A stretch of DNA of 64,000 bases, from assembly GCA_051362555.1 (NCBI GenBank), contig CM120643.1, positions 18,604,848-18,668,847 of the forward strand, given 5' to 3'. This DNA comes from Lingula anatina (taxonomy: Eukaryota > Animalia > Brachiopoda). Within the stretch, counting starts at the first letter, position 1; each line of letters starts with the position of its first letter. Below the pieces are notes generated by a model that was not told the DNA's origin, did not search any database, and saw nothing but the letters and a program-made list of their open reading frames with translations. Below, piece after piece: positions 25,401-37,400 of the stretch. The translations under genes and the position numbers were made by a program.

Positions 25401-28400
25401 GAGCCTGTGAGTCTAATATGTTATATATCATATGATTAAGAAGAAATTCCTATATTATTTATTTATTTGTTTATTTGTTCATTTATTTAGTCATCTGTTT
25501 ACAGGCCAGCAATCCCAATCTCCTATTGGAAATTCTACCCTTTATGGGCAAGCAATGAGAACCCAAGTAAAAACGTAAGCTGTTTTTTTATTGTTTAGCT
25601 ATTGCAAATACATCATTCTGTGTATATATTAAGGGAGAAATAGAGCAAAAACTCTGGCCAGCCCCCCTGTCTCAGATTCTGTTCTCAGGGGTTATTTTCG
25701 GATCATCTTTAAAGCTGGAATTGGGGGCTTTAATGAAGTGATCTGGGCGCGTTTACGCATTTTTTATGAATGACAGGTGTGGTAGATTGATTTTCATCAT
25801 GTTTGGAAAAAATTGGAGACGGGGCGTTTCTGGGTGATTTTGAGTGATTTTCATAAGGGCTGGCACTGGCAGTTTTCTTCAATTTTGGCCAGATAGGGTT
25901 GAAAAAAATTTTTCATCATTATAGTGACTGGTAGGTGTGTTTGGTCATTTGTAATCAGTATAAAGTACTGGAAGCTAGAGCTACAGAACTTAAGCATATA
26001 TATATATATATATATTTTTGTGTTTTTGATGCAGTCAGTTTTCTTCTGCTGTTGAATTCTTATCAATATTCCAGGCCCACAAATGGAAATTCAAGAGCAC
26101 ATTCTGTAAGTTTTTTTTACTTGAGAATGCAGAACTATTCTCCCTGTTAAAAAAAAACAGACATATGTTTGATAACAAACTTGATCTAATTTTCTTAAAA
26201 TAGTAATACTGTATGCACAGTATATTTAGTCATAGGTTGTCTAGTTAAAGTTAATAAAGATCTGAGGTGTTCATAAAATTTTTGTGTATTTAATTTTTAC
26301 CTTGTAAAAAGGCTTAGATTTTACTTTCATTATTATTATTATTTATTATATATTATTTTTTTAGCTTTAAATTTAGTCAGATATGTCTAACACTTATGTC
26401 AGCCAGTGTAGTTAAAATAGACTAGGGAAAATCTATTCTTTTACGTACTGCAGGTGTCAAACACATGTATTATTCAAAATGTACAGTATGTATCATGAAA
26501 CCAAGAAATTTTGAGGTCTACTTTGAAAGTAGATTTGAGTGTTAGGGGTTTAAATCTGTCTTAGCTCACAGAAAAGGTATACTTTTGCCTAGGCCCATCT
26601 CAGTAAAAAGAGTTTTACATTATAATGATTTATGATCCACAGTTATTGGTTAAATTCTGCTTGCAGCATCCCTGTACTCCCATGGCCTCCAGATTATCTG
26701 TGAGAACACCTCCAGTTCATGGAAGACTAGGTAACTTTAAGTTACTCCTTTAATTACTCGCTGCTATTAGTTAAATTTTTAAGGTTTTAATTTTTGTGGC
26801 ATTATATTGATTTCATAAGTGGGTTCATATTTTGACTGAAAATGTACATATTGGTCACTTAATGTCAGATACTTAGATTTTAGTTCAAACAATTAATTGG
26901 CTTGTATCAACTGGAGCATAAGAAAGGATTGGTATCCATAAACAAGCATACTGAACTAACATTCAGTGTTCTGTTAATTGTACCACCAGCGTTAGCGCTG
27001 GCGGTACACATGGTTTCGGTCCCGTCCGGATCGTTCCGCCGGCTCCGCTGGCTCCGCCGGAGGGCTACCGTTACCGTTACCGCTTCTCCTCTTAGACGGT
27101 AAGGGCCCCCGTACCCATCTCATGGATTTAGGTCACCTATAATCTCAACTCGTTCCACGTAAAATTTGGGCTTTGTCGGTATTGGGGTCTGGGTGTGGCA
27201 CTCATTTCAATGCACCCTTGTCTAAAAATGGCAAAATTAAATGCTAATTATCTACCCTACGGAAGGAGTTATGGGAGAAATTTCTATAGACAGCTTTCCA
27301 AAAGTCATATGAGTAGATTTCAAATATACCCTTGGATTTGACCTTTGACCTTTACTTCAAGGTCAAATGGGCCAAAATTTTCAAAAAAATGAAATTTTTT
27401 ACGAAAAAAATTTTTTTTGCCCTGTTATTCAGACACTACACAGACTTAACCAATAATATTATTGGAAAGTGTTACCCTTCAGGTCATCTTTCATCTCCAT
27501 GAATTTGGGGTCAATCGGTGCATTTTCACGGGAGTAGCGGCCATAAGATACCGAAACTGAAAACTGTCTCTAATTCGGGAACCGTTAATGCTAGAGACCC
27601 ATTCTTTTTTGCATTTTGTAGAGCATGTAAAGCCCAACACTGGAGGTGGTCTCGTTTTTTTTTTGTATTCCATACGGTTTTCGAGTTACGCTGTATCAAA
27701 AAGTACATATTGGTGGTAAAAGCAAAATGTGCAGTACGGTAATGGATAATAAATTTTGAACTCTGGAAAAATAAAACAAAAGGCTTGGCAAAGCAGACAA
27801 CTTGTGTTCAAAAATGACATTATTTCATCAAATTTGAACTTCTGAAACTTCAGAACACCTCCTATTTCAAGAATTTTGACCAAAATAACATTTTCTTTAT
27901 TTTAATTAATTTTTTATGTATGAAATTTAAGGCACATTATGGTAACTCCAAAATTATAACATTTAGTCCCTTATATCTCCAAAACTGGCAGTGATAGGTC
28001 CATAGTTACTATTGAAGTTGAATAGGAAGTCATATACTGGCAATCTTACTGTGACCTTGAAATTGACCTTTGACCTACTTTTCACCATGAACTGAACTTT
28101 GCAAATTTTGCTTCCCTTTTATCTCCAAAACTGGCAGAGATAGGTCCATAGTTACTATTGAACTTGAATAGGAAGTCATATACTGGCAATCTAAATGTGA
28201 CCTTAAAATTGACCTTTGACCTACTTTTCACCATGAACTGAACTTTGCAAATTTTGCTTTCCTTTTATCTCCAAAACTGGCAGAGATAGGTCCATAGTTA
28301 CTGTTGAACTTGAATAGGAAGTCATATACTGGCAATTTACTGTGACCTTGAAATTGACCCTTGACCTATCTTACGAAGAACTTAAATTTGATTGTACCAT

Positions 28401-31400
28401 ATATATTTTTTGCAAAAGTTTAAAAATTCTTGTTGATTGCATTTTTACAGCTTGTCAAGCACAAAACTGGTGGCTGTGTCCCTTATTTTGTGTATGTGGG
28501 GGTCTATACGAATGCGCTTGCTCCAGCTGGTGGTACAATATTCGGAGGCGGTATCGCCTCTCTGATCCTCTAGTTATGGTTTTGTATACTTCACCTTATG
28601 TGTACACACAGGTCCAATAGCAGGAACTCCCTCCCCATCTACTTCTCCAGGATACCCACTAAGGTACAGTATGTAATAGGGACTATTTAATATATTACAT
28701 GAACATTTCAGCTCTTTTACTTTCATCACCAATGCATGCCGTGCCCAATATTTCACAATATTATGATTCATTGACTTTTCAAATTACTTTGAATTCATAA
28801 TGGAGGTAGTAACTAGTAAATTTTACTCATGATGGTAAAAATGTGAAATTTATTATTAGAAAACTGGTTTATAGATTGTAATAATTTTTCTACAGTTTTA
28901 GATAGAGCTTAAACTCCAACCCCGGATTAAACCTTTGTAAATTTCTTGGACATTTTTTTGCTTACCAAATCAGGGTCTGACCTGAGTGCATGCTTTTTAC
29001 TTTGCCATATCATATTTCAGTTAACTTTTAGTTTTAGTTAGCATTAATTAGAATGTAATCAGTTCACTTTTATTTACATATATAAATAAAGGGAACTGAA
29101 TTATGATATTATATAATTATGTAACTTAATTATTATAATTTTGCAGGCTTGCCTCCACACCTAGTGGCCTCAGTGCTGACACACCAAAAAGGAGTGCTGG
29201 TGGCACTGCCTCTCCAATGAATATTAGTCCAACTCCATCACAGAGAATTTCATTGTGAGAACATAAACGCAAGAATAACTGAAGTTGTTATGATTTTTTA
29301 AAAATCTGTCTCTGATTATACTAAATATTTATAGACAGACATTGAAAGCTCAGAACTCAATTTTGTGTATATTATGTCAACTGGATGTCTAGTCAAAATG
29401 ATAATAATCTTAGGTTAACTTAATATACTGAACAAAAATATAAACGCACAAAACTAAAATGGTCAGTTGAAATGGATAATCATGAAATATGCCCAGATTT
29501 ATGGTTTATTTGTGAACTGATGGATTTGTTTTGATCAACTGTAGTCGTCTGGTTTCACTTGGCCGCTCCCCGTGAGTATACTCAAAGGTTCAGTTTTTCC
29601 ACCCGTAAGTCTCATGGAGCATGATGGAGTGGAGTTAAATCTGCATGACCAATACACAGACACTCCTTACAGTTTAGGCAATAAAAGGGCACACCAAAAT
29701 GTGCATTTCTGTTACTTGTCAACATGCCACAGATGTCTGAAATCATGAGGGCTTGTCGGTAACGAATTAATTTGCAGCATGCCTGAATGTGCTTCATTCC
29801 ACTGTCAGCCGTCTGAGAACATGTTTCAGAGACACTGGTAGTACTAGGAACTGCCCACATGCCCGCCGACCACCTGTTACCACACCCAATATACCGCCCA
29901 TCAAACACCTGTGTGACGTTCTGGATCAGCGTTTTCGCCATCATGTTCCAGCTCTCGAGAATGTTCGCCAACTGCGAGTAGCACTCCAGGAGGAATGGGA
30001 TAATATCCCTCAGGCCACTATTGACAACTTAGTGATTTCCATGCGCCGCTGGTGTACTGCTCTGAGCAAAGCTAATGGTGGCCCTACTCAATATTAGTGT
30101 CTGTGAACTCAGGATGTTGACCCCCATGGTGTAGTTGATGCCCTAACTCTTGGACTATATATATGCATTTCAACTTCCCGCAATGCTCTCAAAGTGATGT
30201 CTATTTGTCAAGGAAAATATGCTGTTATTGTTGGCTATATTATACTCTGGTTCCATACATAATATTGACATATTCTTTCGTGCGTTTATATTTTTGTTCA
30301 GTGTATATAGAGAAACTAAATTATAATTTATAAAAGAAGAGACCTCAATTTTCCTGGAAGCTAATCTTGCTCTGTGTTTTGGTCTTTCTGAAATGGTGCA
30401 CTTAAATATGATATATACTTATTGGCCTATGTACTGATGTGTAGCACTTTATTTTGATCATACATGTAGGAATGGACTTACAAGAAGCCAAGGAGGATAC
30501 AGTACACCTACATCTTATCAACAGTTTGGTGAGACATGTTTTTCCATGAAATGCCAGTTAAAATCAAGGCCTGGATAACTCTTCTTTTCATATAGTCGGT
30601 ACTCCAGTCTTAGTTCTTGAGACCACAACTTATTTGATAAACAGTTTGTCAGAAACTGTATGATGTTTGTCAGATAAAGTGACTGTTAAAGAATACAGAA
30701 GGATACTCAAATTTGTTCCATTTAATATGCATGCTACATATGTATAAGATTCTTTTATATGTTTAAATTTCATTGTAGGAACATCCCAGAGTTTACTTTG
30801 GAGTTCTGCCAAAAGGCAGCAGCAGGTATACTATATAACTTAAATTGCTTGAATTAAATTGTGTTTCATTGGTTTAATAATAATAATCATCATAGTAGAG
30901 TTTTATCTTACATATTCCTGCTTGATAAAGAATACTGACTATATATTACTAATATATACCTGCAGTTTCTACAGCATGATGTCAAGCAGTCAGTCAATAT
31001 TGAAATCAGCAGAAGTAGATTGATAATGTGGGATAAAGTAGAAACACAAGAGTGCAATGAAATAGTAACCATGGTGCCCTGATTGGTTAATGGATTTCTT
31101 GGCAACATCATAATTGATACGAAACCAAGCAACATCATAATTGATATGAAACTAAGTGCAAAAAAATATTATGATAAAACTGAGATTACTTTCTTTTTAG
31201 CTTCCATTGGAAAGGAATGATGGGTAAGCAATTGCAAACTGCATTTGCAAAGCTGTTGGGTTTACATTTTTATATTTAGCTTGTTTCAATGAGATTTGTC
31301 CTTTTGCTTAAGCACTGTTACTTTCTTATCCATCAGCTTTATTGGGACTTTTATTTATAGTTAAGATTATTGATTTTAATTAGAGATTTTAACATTTATT

Positions 31401-32569
31401 GTAATTATTACAAAAGCTACCATCATGATGGTACTTACCAAATTGTATCAATTTGAATGTTATTTTAATATTTCAGCAGTCAGTTTTTAAGTATAGGTGG
31501 AAGGATTTCCCCTGGTGCTCCTCTAACAAGTACGCCAACAAGTAAGAAGTTTTTACAGTGGTATACCAACTGCGGGTTGGGTATAGTGGGAGAGCGAGGG
31601 AATTAAAGCACAGAGGCTCTTAACATTCTCCACCCCTTTGTCAATTAAAAGTCAAAGAATGACGTATTCATAAAATAATCTTATACATCATGTATTTGTA
31701 TGAAAATGATCCTCACTGTTTTGAATTGTGCATAAATAGAGAGCATTTATCTCATTTGGCTTGTATAGTCAGCCATTTTAAGTGGGTTCTTTTCTGAAAA
31801 AGTTTAACCCCGGGACCAACTTGAGAAATGGCATAGAACCTACCCAATAGATCAAATATTGATTCAGCCCCCATTGTTTATTGGACCATTCAGATTGAGA
31901 AGAGCCGAGTGCTAGTAAGGCCAGGACCTAAATATGGCAGACCTATATACATGAGAGGAAGACCGCTAAATCCTGTAATGGTCTCCGCCTCTCACACGCC
32001 TCCCCACGCATTGTCCCTTGACTGGTTGAATTGAGCCAAGATTTAATTACTGTGCCCCTGCAGGGACGATGCGTGGTGAGGCATGTGAAATATGATGAGA
32101 CCATTACTGGATTAAGCGGTCTTCCTTTCTGTAATGGTCTCTTCACCTCTCACATGCCTCCCCTCGCGTCATACCCGCAAGGGCACAGTAATTAAATCTC
32201 AATTCAACCGGTCGAGGGACAATGTGTGGGGAGGTGTGTGAGAGGCAGAGAGACCATTACAGGATTAAGTCTTGTTCCTCGGCACTCGGCTCTTCTCAAT
32301 CTGAATGGTCCCTTTATGAAATCATATTGCGATATATTTGTTATTAATATAATTTTTTTTGTGATGGTATTTTTTTCAGATTCTTCTCAAGTTTGGGACC
32401 CAGCAAAGAGATGCCTTGTTCAGGTTTGTTCTTATTTTCTTATTTGTTTACTGGTACCACACAGGCTGTACTAAAAGTTAAGACCAGATTCTTTTGTGAA
32501 ACTAACTTCAGAACATTAAAGTCTATGTTTTCCCCATTTCAGATGCCATTTGGTGTGGGAAACAAGTAG
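22462..32569 (+). CDS. RNF212: RNF212/RNF212B (Zip3/ZHP-3 family) meiotic RING E3 ligase, about 359 aa
   Basis: Exons: 22462-22570, 22862-22923, 23305-23409, 23630-23665, 24152-24235, 24524-24543, 24964-24998, 25505-25574, 26075-26105, 26667-26730, 28612-28663, 29147-29254, 30470-30528, 30596-30657, 30779-30825, 31477-31541, 32380-32423, 32543-32569. Phases are consistent (1080 nt). N-terminal C3HC4 RING (MSDWIHCLIC..PCMHIVCENC..CKKC), FFKDP, QVLNFQDYHRK plus coiled coil, RLSVRTPPVHGRLG motif, S/T/P-rich tail. The last six small exons are less certain. Confidence 0.85.
25290..25311. mobile_element. 22-bp perfect palindrome with 7-bp flanking direct repeats (P-superfamily-like footprint or mini-element)
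   Basis: TTGATAC|CAAGGAGTTATATAACTCCTTG|TTGATAC. Confidence 0.65.
26974..28575 (+). mobile_element. Helentron-associated non-autonomous element (HINE/DINE-1-like) with an internal 146-bp tandem array
   Basis: 5' subTIR ATTGTACCACCAGC (26977-26990) with an adjacent inverted copy, CCGT/CCGTTA microsatellite-like tract, 3' subTIR GCTGGTGGTACAAT (28526-28539), hairpin GAGGCG-GTAT-CGCCTC, CTAGTT end. Inserted at a TT site with no TSD. Confidence 0.85.
27968..28372 (+). repeat. 146-bp tandem repeat, about 2.8 copies
   Basis: ATCTCCAAAACTGGCAG recurs at 27975, 28121 and 28267. Confidence 0.92.
29426..30303 (+). mobile_element. Internally deleted Tc1/mariner element (878 bp)
   Basis: TA|TACTGAACAAAAATATAAACGCAC ... 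GTGCGTTTATATTTTTGTTCAGTG|TA. ORF 29789-30097 has Tc1 HTH-region residues (HSTVSRLR..FRDTGST..RRPPVTT) joined to the transposase C-terminus (PIKHLCDVL..ALQEEWDNIPQATIDNLVISMRR..ANGGPTQY). Confidence 0.92.
31881..32313. mobile_element. Harbinger-like foldback MITE with nested inverted subunits
   Basis: TIR GGACCATTCAGATTGAGAAGAGCCGAGTGC / GCACTCGGCTCTTCTCAATCTGAATGGTCC; TTA flanks at 31878-31880 and 32314-32316; long internal inverted repeats. Confidence 0.82.
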
Positions 32570-33355
32570 TCCATTACTTGTGAAACATTGAGGAACTCCT
32601 TGAACGAACAGAGAGCATGCATTGCCAGAAATGCTCTACTGTACCCTCAAAATAGGATGTAGCAGCCACTGTTAAGAGAATTATAATAATAATTGCCATT
32701 TTATATTTTATTTGGGTGAAAATTTTAGTTAAGTGGCTAATAGAAAACTTTTGTAGATGATACGGCCCTATTGCAGTTTTAGTAATTTCATGATTCATAG
32801 GTTATTTGTATGTTTTAGTTAGTCAAAATTTTTAAACATTATACTGATTATTAATTTTTTGTATTTTTTAAAGAGCTTTAGTTTATGTTTGAAAGGCAAC
32901 ATACCTGATGGAAAACAACAAAAACTGACTTCCTTTGTGATGAATTATTTATTTGTATCAAAGTATTAAGCAAAAGATTGCAGTATTTTGAAGTCAGACA
33001 ATCTGAACCTAGGAAAGATTTTGATTATAATAAAGATGATTTGTGTAAGGGGAAAAAAGGTTATGATTATTGTTATATTTATATATTTTCTGTGTATTAA
33101 AAAAGTCATTCCCATTGCTCTATTTTAACATAAACAGGCACATAACAGAAACCAATAAAAATTAACTTTACAGTAACAGGTGTTGTGATAAATGTATACC
33201 TGCATGACTGTTTCTTTTGCACTGAATTTATTTCATGCAAGTTCTGAATTCACCCAACCTCAGTTTTCTAATTAGTAAAAAAATGGAATTGAAGACCACC
33301 AAGATGCCAAGGATACAATCACTGTGCAACCAAACAAGTTGCAACTATGTTTACA

Positions 33356-33400
33356 AACAAGGCAGCAAAGCTGTCAAATGGACAGACATGCTAGTATATA
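33356..33400 (-). mobile_element. Terminal fragment of the same HINE family as 55417-59194
   Basis: AACAAGGCAGCAAAGCTGTCAAATGGACAGACA matches AACAAGGCAGCAAAGCTGTCAAATGTACAGACA at 55417 with one mismatch. Confidence 0.75.
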
Positions 33401-33663
33401 TGCCAAAACTGATAGGAGTGACACTGTAATTTCATGTCAACACCTGGAAAATGTTGATTTGTGAAAAATGCTCCCCCCCCCCAAAAAAAAAAACAATTCA
33501 GAAAAAAACCAATGAGGCTGGTTTTTCCATCTCAAACATCATAAGTGCTATGATTCTTTGAATCATTTATACAAACTTAAGGGTAATTAGTAACAAAACA
33601 AGTAAAAATCCCAGGAATATATGGCAATATCAGGCCATAACAGACTTCATCATGGATATGCAA

Positions 33664-33710
33664 TGGTGGTGGTGGTGGTGGTGGTGGTGGGGGGGGGGGG
33701 GGGGGGGGGG
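33664..33710. repeat. (GGT)n plus poly(G) tract
   Basis: About 8 GGT units followed by about 22 G. Confidence 0.9.
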
Positions 33711-34460
33711 CATAAAGATGCAGGGACAGATCCAATGGAAGGATGTTGTTGATAGCTCATCTTAATTATAGGCCTGTGCAGTGAGGTTAACATTTTAGCA
33801 TGGGTTATGGACTTTATAAGGTGTCGAGTTTGCTGTTTGCCATAAAAACATTCATTAAGACTTAAAGTGTGATATTTCTTAAGATGATTTTGTGCTAGAT
33901 AGTTCCAAATAAGCTAGGACAAGATCAAGAAATCAAAATTTAAAGTTTATCATGCAAAACAACACCAATGCTGATTTGACTAGAATTATTTTAATAATAT
34001 TAAAATAGCTGCAGTAGCACATTTATTCAGATTCCCATATCAGACTAAGAACAAAATGTCCAATATAAATTGCAATTTACATTAACATCTAATATCTCAA
34101 TGTTCGTGAAAGAGAACAATTCCAACACTAACATCTGTTTCATCACTTTACATGAAAACATAAAAGTATAGTTCACATAATTTGTCCAAAAATGAGGACA
34201 TGTCAATTTGGTTGGAAAATTTTTTGTTCATCAATACGAGCATTTTTTCTCTTGTGTAACTGCGTTTGCATTTGTTAATGTATAACTTCACATTAAGGTC
34301 ATGTACTGTATTTCATGTTTAAATCTTTTCTTTAAAAAGAACTTTCTTTTCCAAGTTCTTTATATTTTATATCACATAAATAGGTAGGTATAGCGCTATA
34401 AAGAGGAATGTTCTATCACTTCTTGCTTTGTTGAAGACATGGTGACAAATTTCCAACAAT

Positions 34461-37400
34461 CTACGGCACATCTGAAAATAGAGAAAGAGCAAATTGTTAC
34501 ATAAATGCTGGTGGTTTGAAATGGCACTTTCGAAGAACATTCTGTTATATAATTTATAAGGTCAAATAAGTCAACACTCAAGGCAAAAATCCATGGGATC
34601 TAAGTGTCCATATACTAGTACTGGGGTACATGATTATACTTTTCACCAGTGAAGAGTCGGACCCTAACTAGTGATTACGATCATAATGAAAATCAATTAT
34701 ATGCAGGGTTTTAACTGAATATTTATAGCTATAGATTATTTATATCTATAGATACAGACAATTTTAAAATTTGTAAAAATTAATTGTTTAATCCTCTGAT
34801 ACATTAATTTTTTACTACCACTATACAGAAGATGATGAAAACCTACATCACTAAACTTGAAATTACCAGCATGTTCAGATTTATGCTTCTACCTGCAAGC
34901 ACACAAGCATGCCCATGTACATGCACACGTACACACACACACGTATAAATTCACACTTACAGGCCGGAGCTTTATGCCTGGCCTGCATCTTCTTCTTCTT
35001 TGCCATGGCCATCTCTTCCTCGCTGTCAGTGCTTCCATCACTCCATCCATCATTGTCCTTCTTTAGTCGGGGAGTCTGGAAACGGGGTAATTTTGTATTA
35101 GTATTACTTTAAATAATTAATGACACTGACCCCTCCCCCTCCCTAAAAAAGAAAAAAATGGGTGAACAAACTATCACATAGAAACAATATAAGGTAATAC
35201 GAAATGCAGTTTTAAAGTACTCAGACATAGTATATGATTATCCTTAAAATGGGAGTTTTCTACTTACTATTCTTATGTCTTCCACTTGTGTTAGAGAGAC
35301 TGTAGAACTATTTGATGCCCGTGAAACAGCACGAGAGTTTGCTATGTCTTCATCTTCTACTGCTGTTTGCTTTTGGAATGTATTTTTGACCTCGTCACGG
35401 AATGAATTTCGCCCAACACCAAATGTAAGGAAAAAGAAGAAGCCCTGAAATTGAAAATTCATTTGATTTGTCACTTATATTTGATAAAATGCAAAAAAGT
35501 ACAATTAATTTATTTTTAATTTTTTTTATATTGTCATTGCCTTCTAGGATAATTTCAGTGTACAATCCAACTGCTTTCAGTTGCAAAAAAATAAATGCAG
35601 TAGATCATATATAATGAAGACTGTTTAGGACCGGAAATTTGGAGAGGCAAGCAAGAATTTGACTTAAATATGCAATGTTCCTAAAATTTCATAAAATGCC
35701 AGACAAAACCCTTCCACCAGATTTTGTTCAAGTTAAAAGATAACAATAATAACAGGTTATAAGGCAATGAGTTATATGGAGCCCACCAAATTATCATAAT
35801 TATTATTCATCTGAATATAATTCTGTCTAATTACCTGGAATCCATTGAAGATAATGAAGGTGAAATCAAGAGCCCTGTCTGCGGGGATGGTAAGGGATAT
35901 GATTCCAAATAACCATGTTAGTCCCAGATACAGCAACAGCAGCATGATGTTTCTTATTGTTTGTCTGAAACAAACAATTGATTCATTAAGCAGGACATTT
36001 CCCAATGCATTGGAAAGTGGTAAGCATTTTGTCAATAAACACTTTCTTTTTTAAAAAAGGTATAATTACTCAACCTTTGAAAAGTCACTCTCTTGTTATA
36101 ATATCTGCAAAATGTTAATCTACCTTTTTAATGCACTTTGAACTGTGCATATGAAATTTCTGATCACATTTAACAAATTCATGCGTTGAAATGTATAATT
36201 TTCCGTCATGTCCTAAATATCTAGATTTTCAAATAAATCCAAAATACTTTCTTATCTATTACTTACTTTACTTCTAATAAAATCTCTTTCTTTTTGATGG
36301 CTGGGGCAGAGAAGTTACACATCACCACCAAAAGGATCAGTGCTGTCAACTAAAATGAAAAACATACTGGTAATGATATTGTGAAAATCATTTGAAATCA
36401 CAGAAAATCTGGAATTTCTGCTGATTCAGAAACAATTTCTGTTGAAGTAAAATGACTAAAATTTTCTCAGTTCAAGTCATATCATTAGTAATGGTATGAA
36501 AAAATGAAATATAACATACAATTGTCTATCTTCCACAAGTTGAAATAAATAACATATTACTTAATTTTGACGCAAGTAAACAACACATCAAGAAAAGAGA
36601 AATTACTATTTTCAAGTAATTTCAATTCCTTAGAAAAACCAATGATACTTTTATCCAACTTAGCAAACATGTTTAAATAAACTTAATAAAAACTTTTAAG
36701 AAAAATGAGAAAAAATTCATGACACCCAACAGCTCAATAGTTCCCCTCATTTTTTAATAATTATTATCCTTGAACAAAACTACTTTAAAAAGTCTTAACA
36801 GTTTCCTGAATCAAAAACTTCAAAACAACATTAGAAATAATCAACTGCCAAATATATTTCTGGAGGGTTTTGGCCACTTAATCACAGACATTAAGCAAAA
36901 AATAAAAATACTCACCACCATGAAGGCAATGATGGCGCCAGGGAAAGCCCAGAAGTACATGGTTTCATGGGATAGCCAGCATCTTTCCTTGTGACCGTGA
37001 TCTGGGAGAGCTACAACAGCCACACCAGTCACAACCAAGGCTGGCACACCTGAAATTAAGTTTGATCATTTGTTATATCAAAGGCTCTTTTCTTCTTTTT
37101 TTCAAATTATGCATGTGTTTAAGTCTTTTCACTTTCAATTTAAGTTGGTTATGACTGTATCCAAAATACAGAAGTATGTATTGAATGGATAATGTATCAA
37201 GAATTAAAGTATGCTATACATATTTTCAATTAATAGCAACCTATTGGATTGTACAATAATATAAAATAGAAGAAAAAATACACATTATTACCAACTGAAG
37301 TCATAAATGATTATACATATATACAAATATGTAAATTATATTTTGCAAGCTATAAAAGTAAAGCCCACTATATTCTTTAAATTATTTTCATTTCTGATAT

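Noticed and set aside
25629-26150. Kolobok-like element (TTAAGGGAGAAATAG ... CTATTCTCCCTGTTAA) enclosing RNF212 exon 26075-26105
   Set aside because: The right-end match is short and gapped and could be chance. Only a left-end fragment is plausible, so exonisation is unsupported.
35835-35964. Loss of the class-B PxxG proline in TM6 (LYLG) as a sign of a dead receptor
   Set aside because: Many adhesion GPCRs naturally have a non-Pro residue there (LLxLLGLTW).
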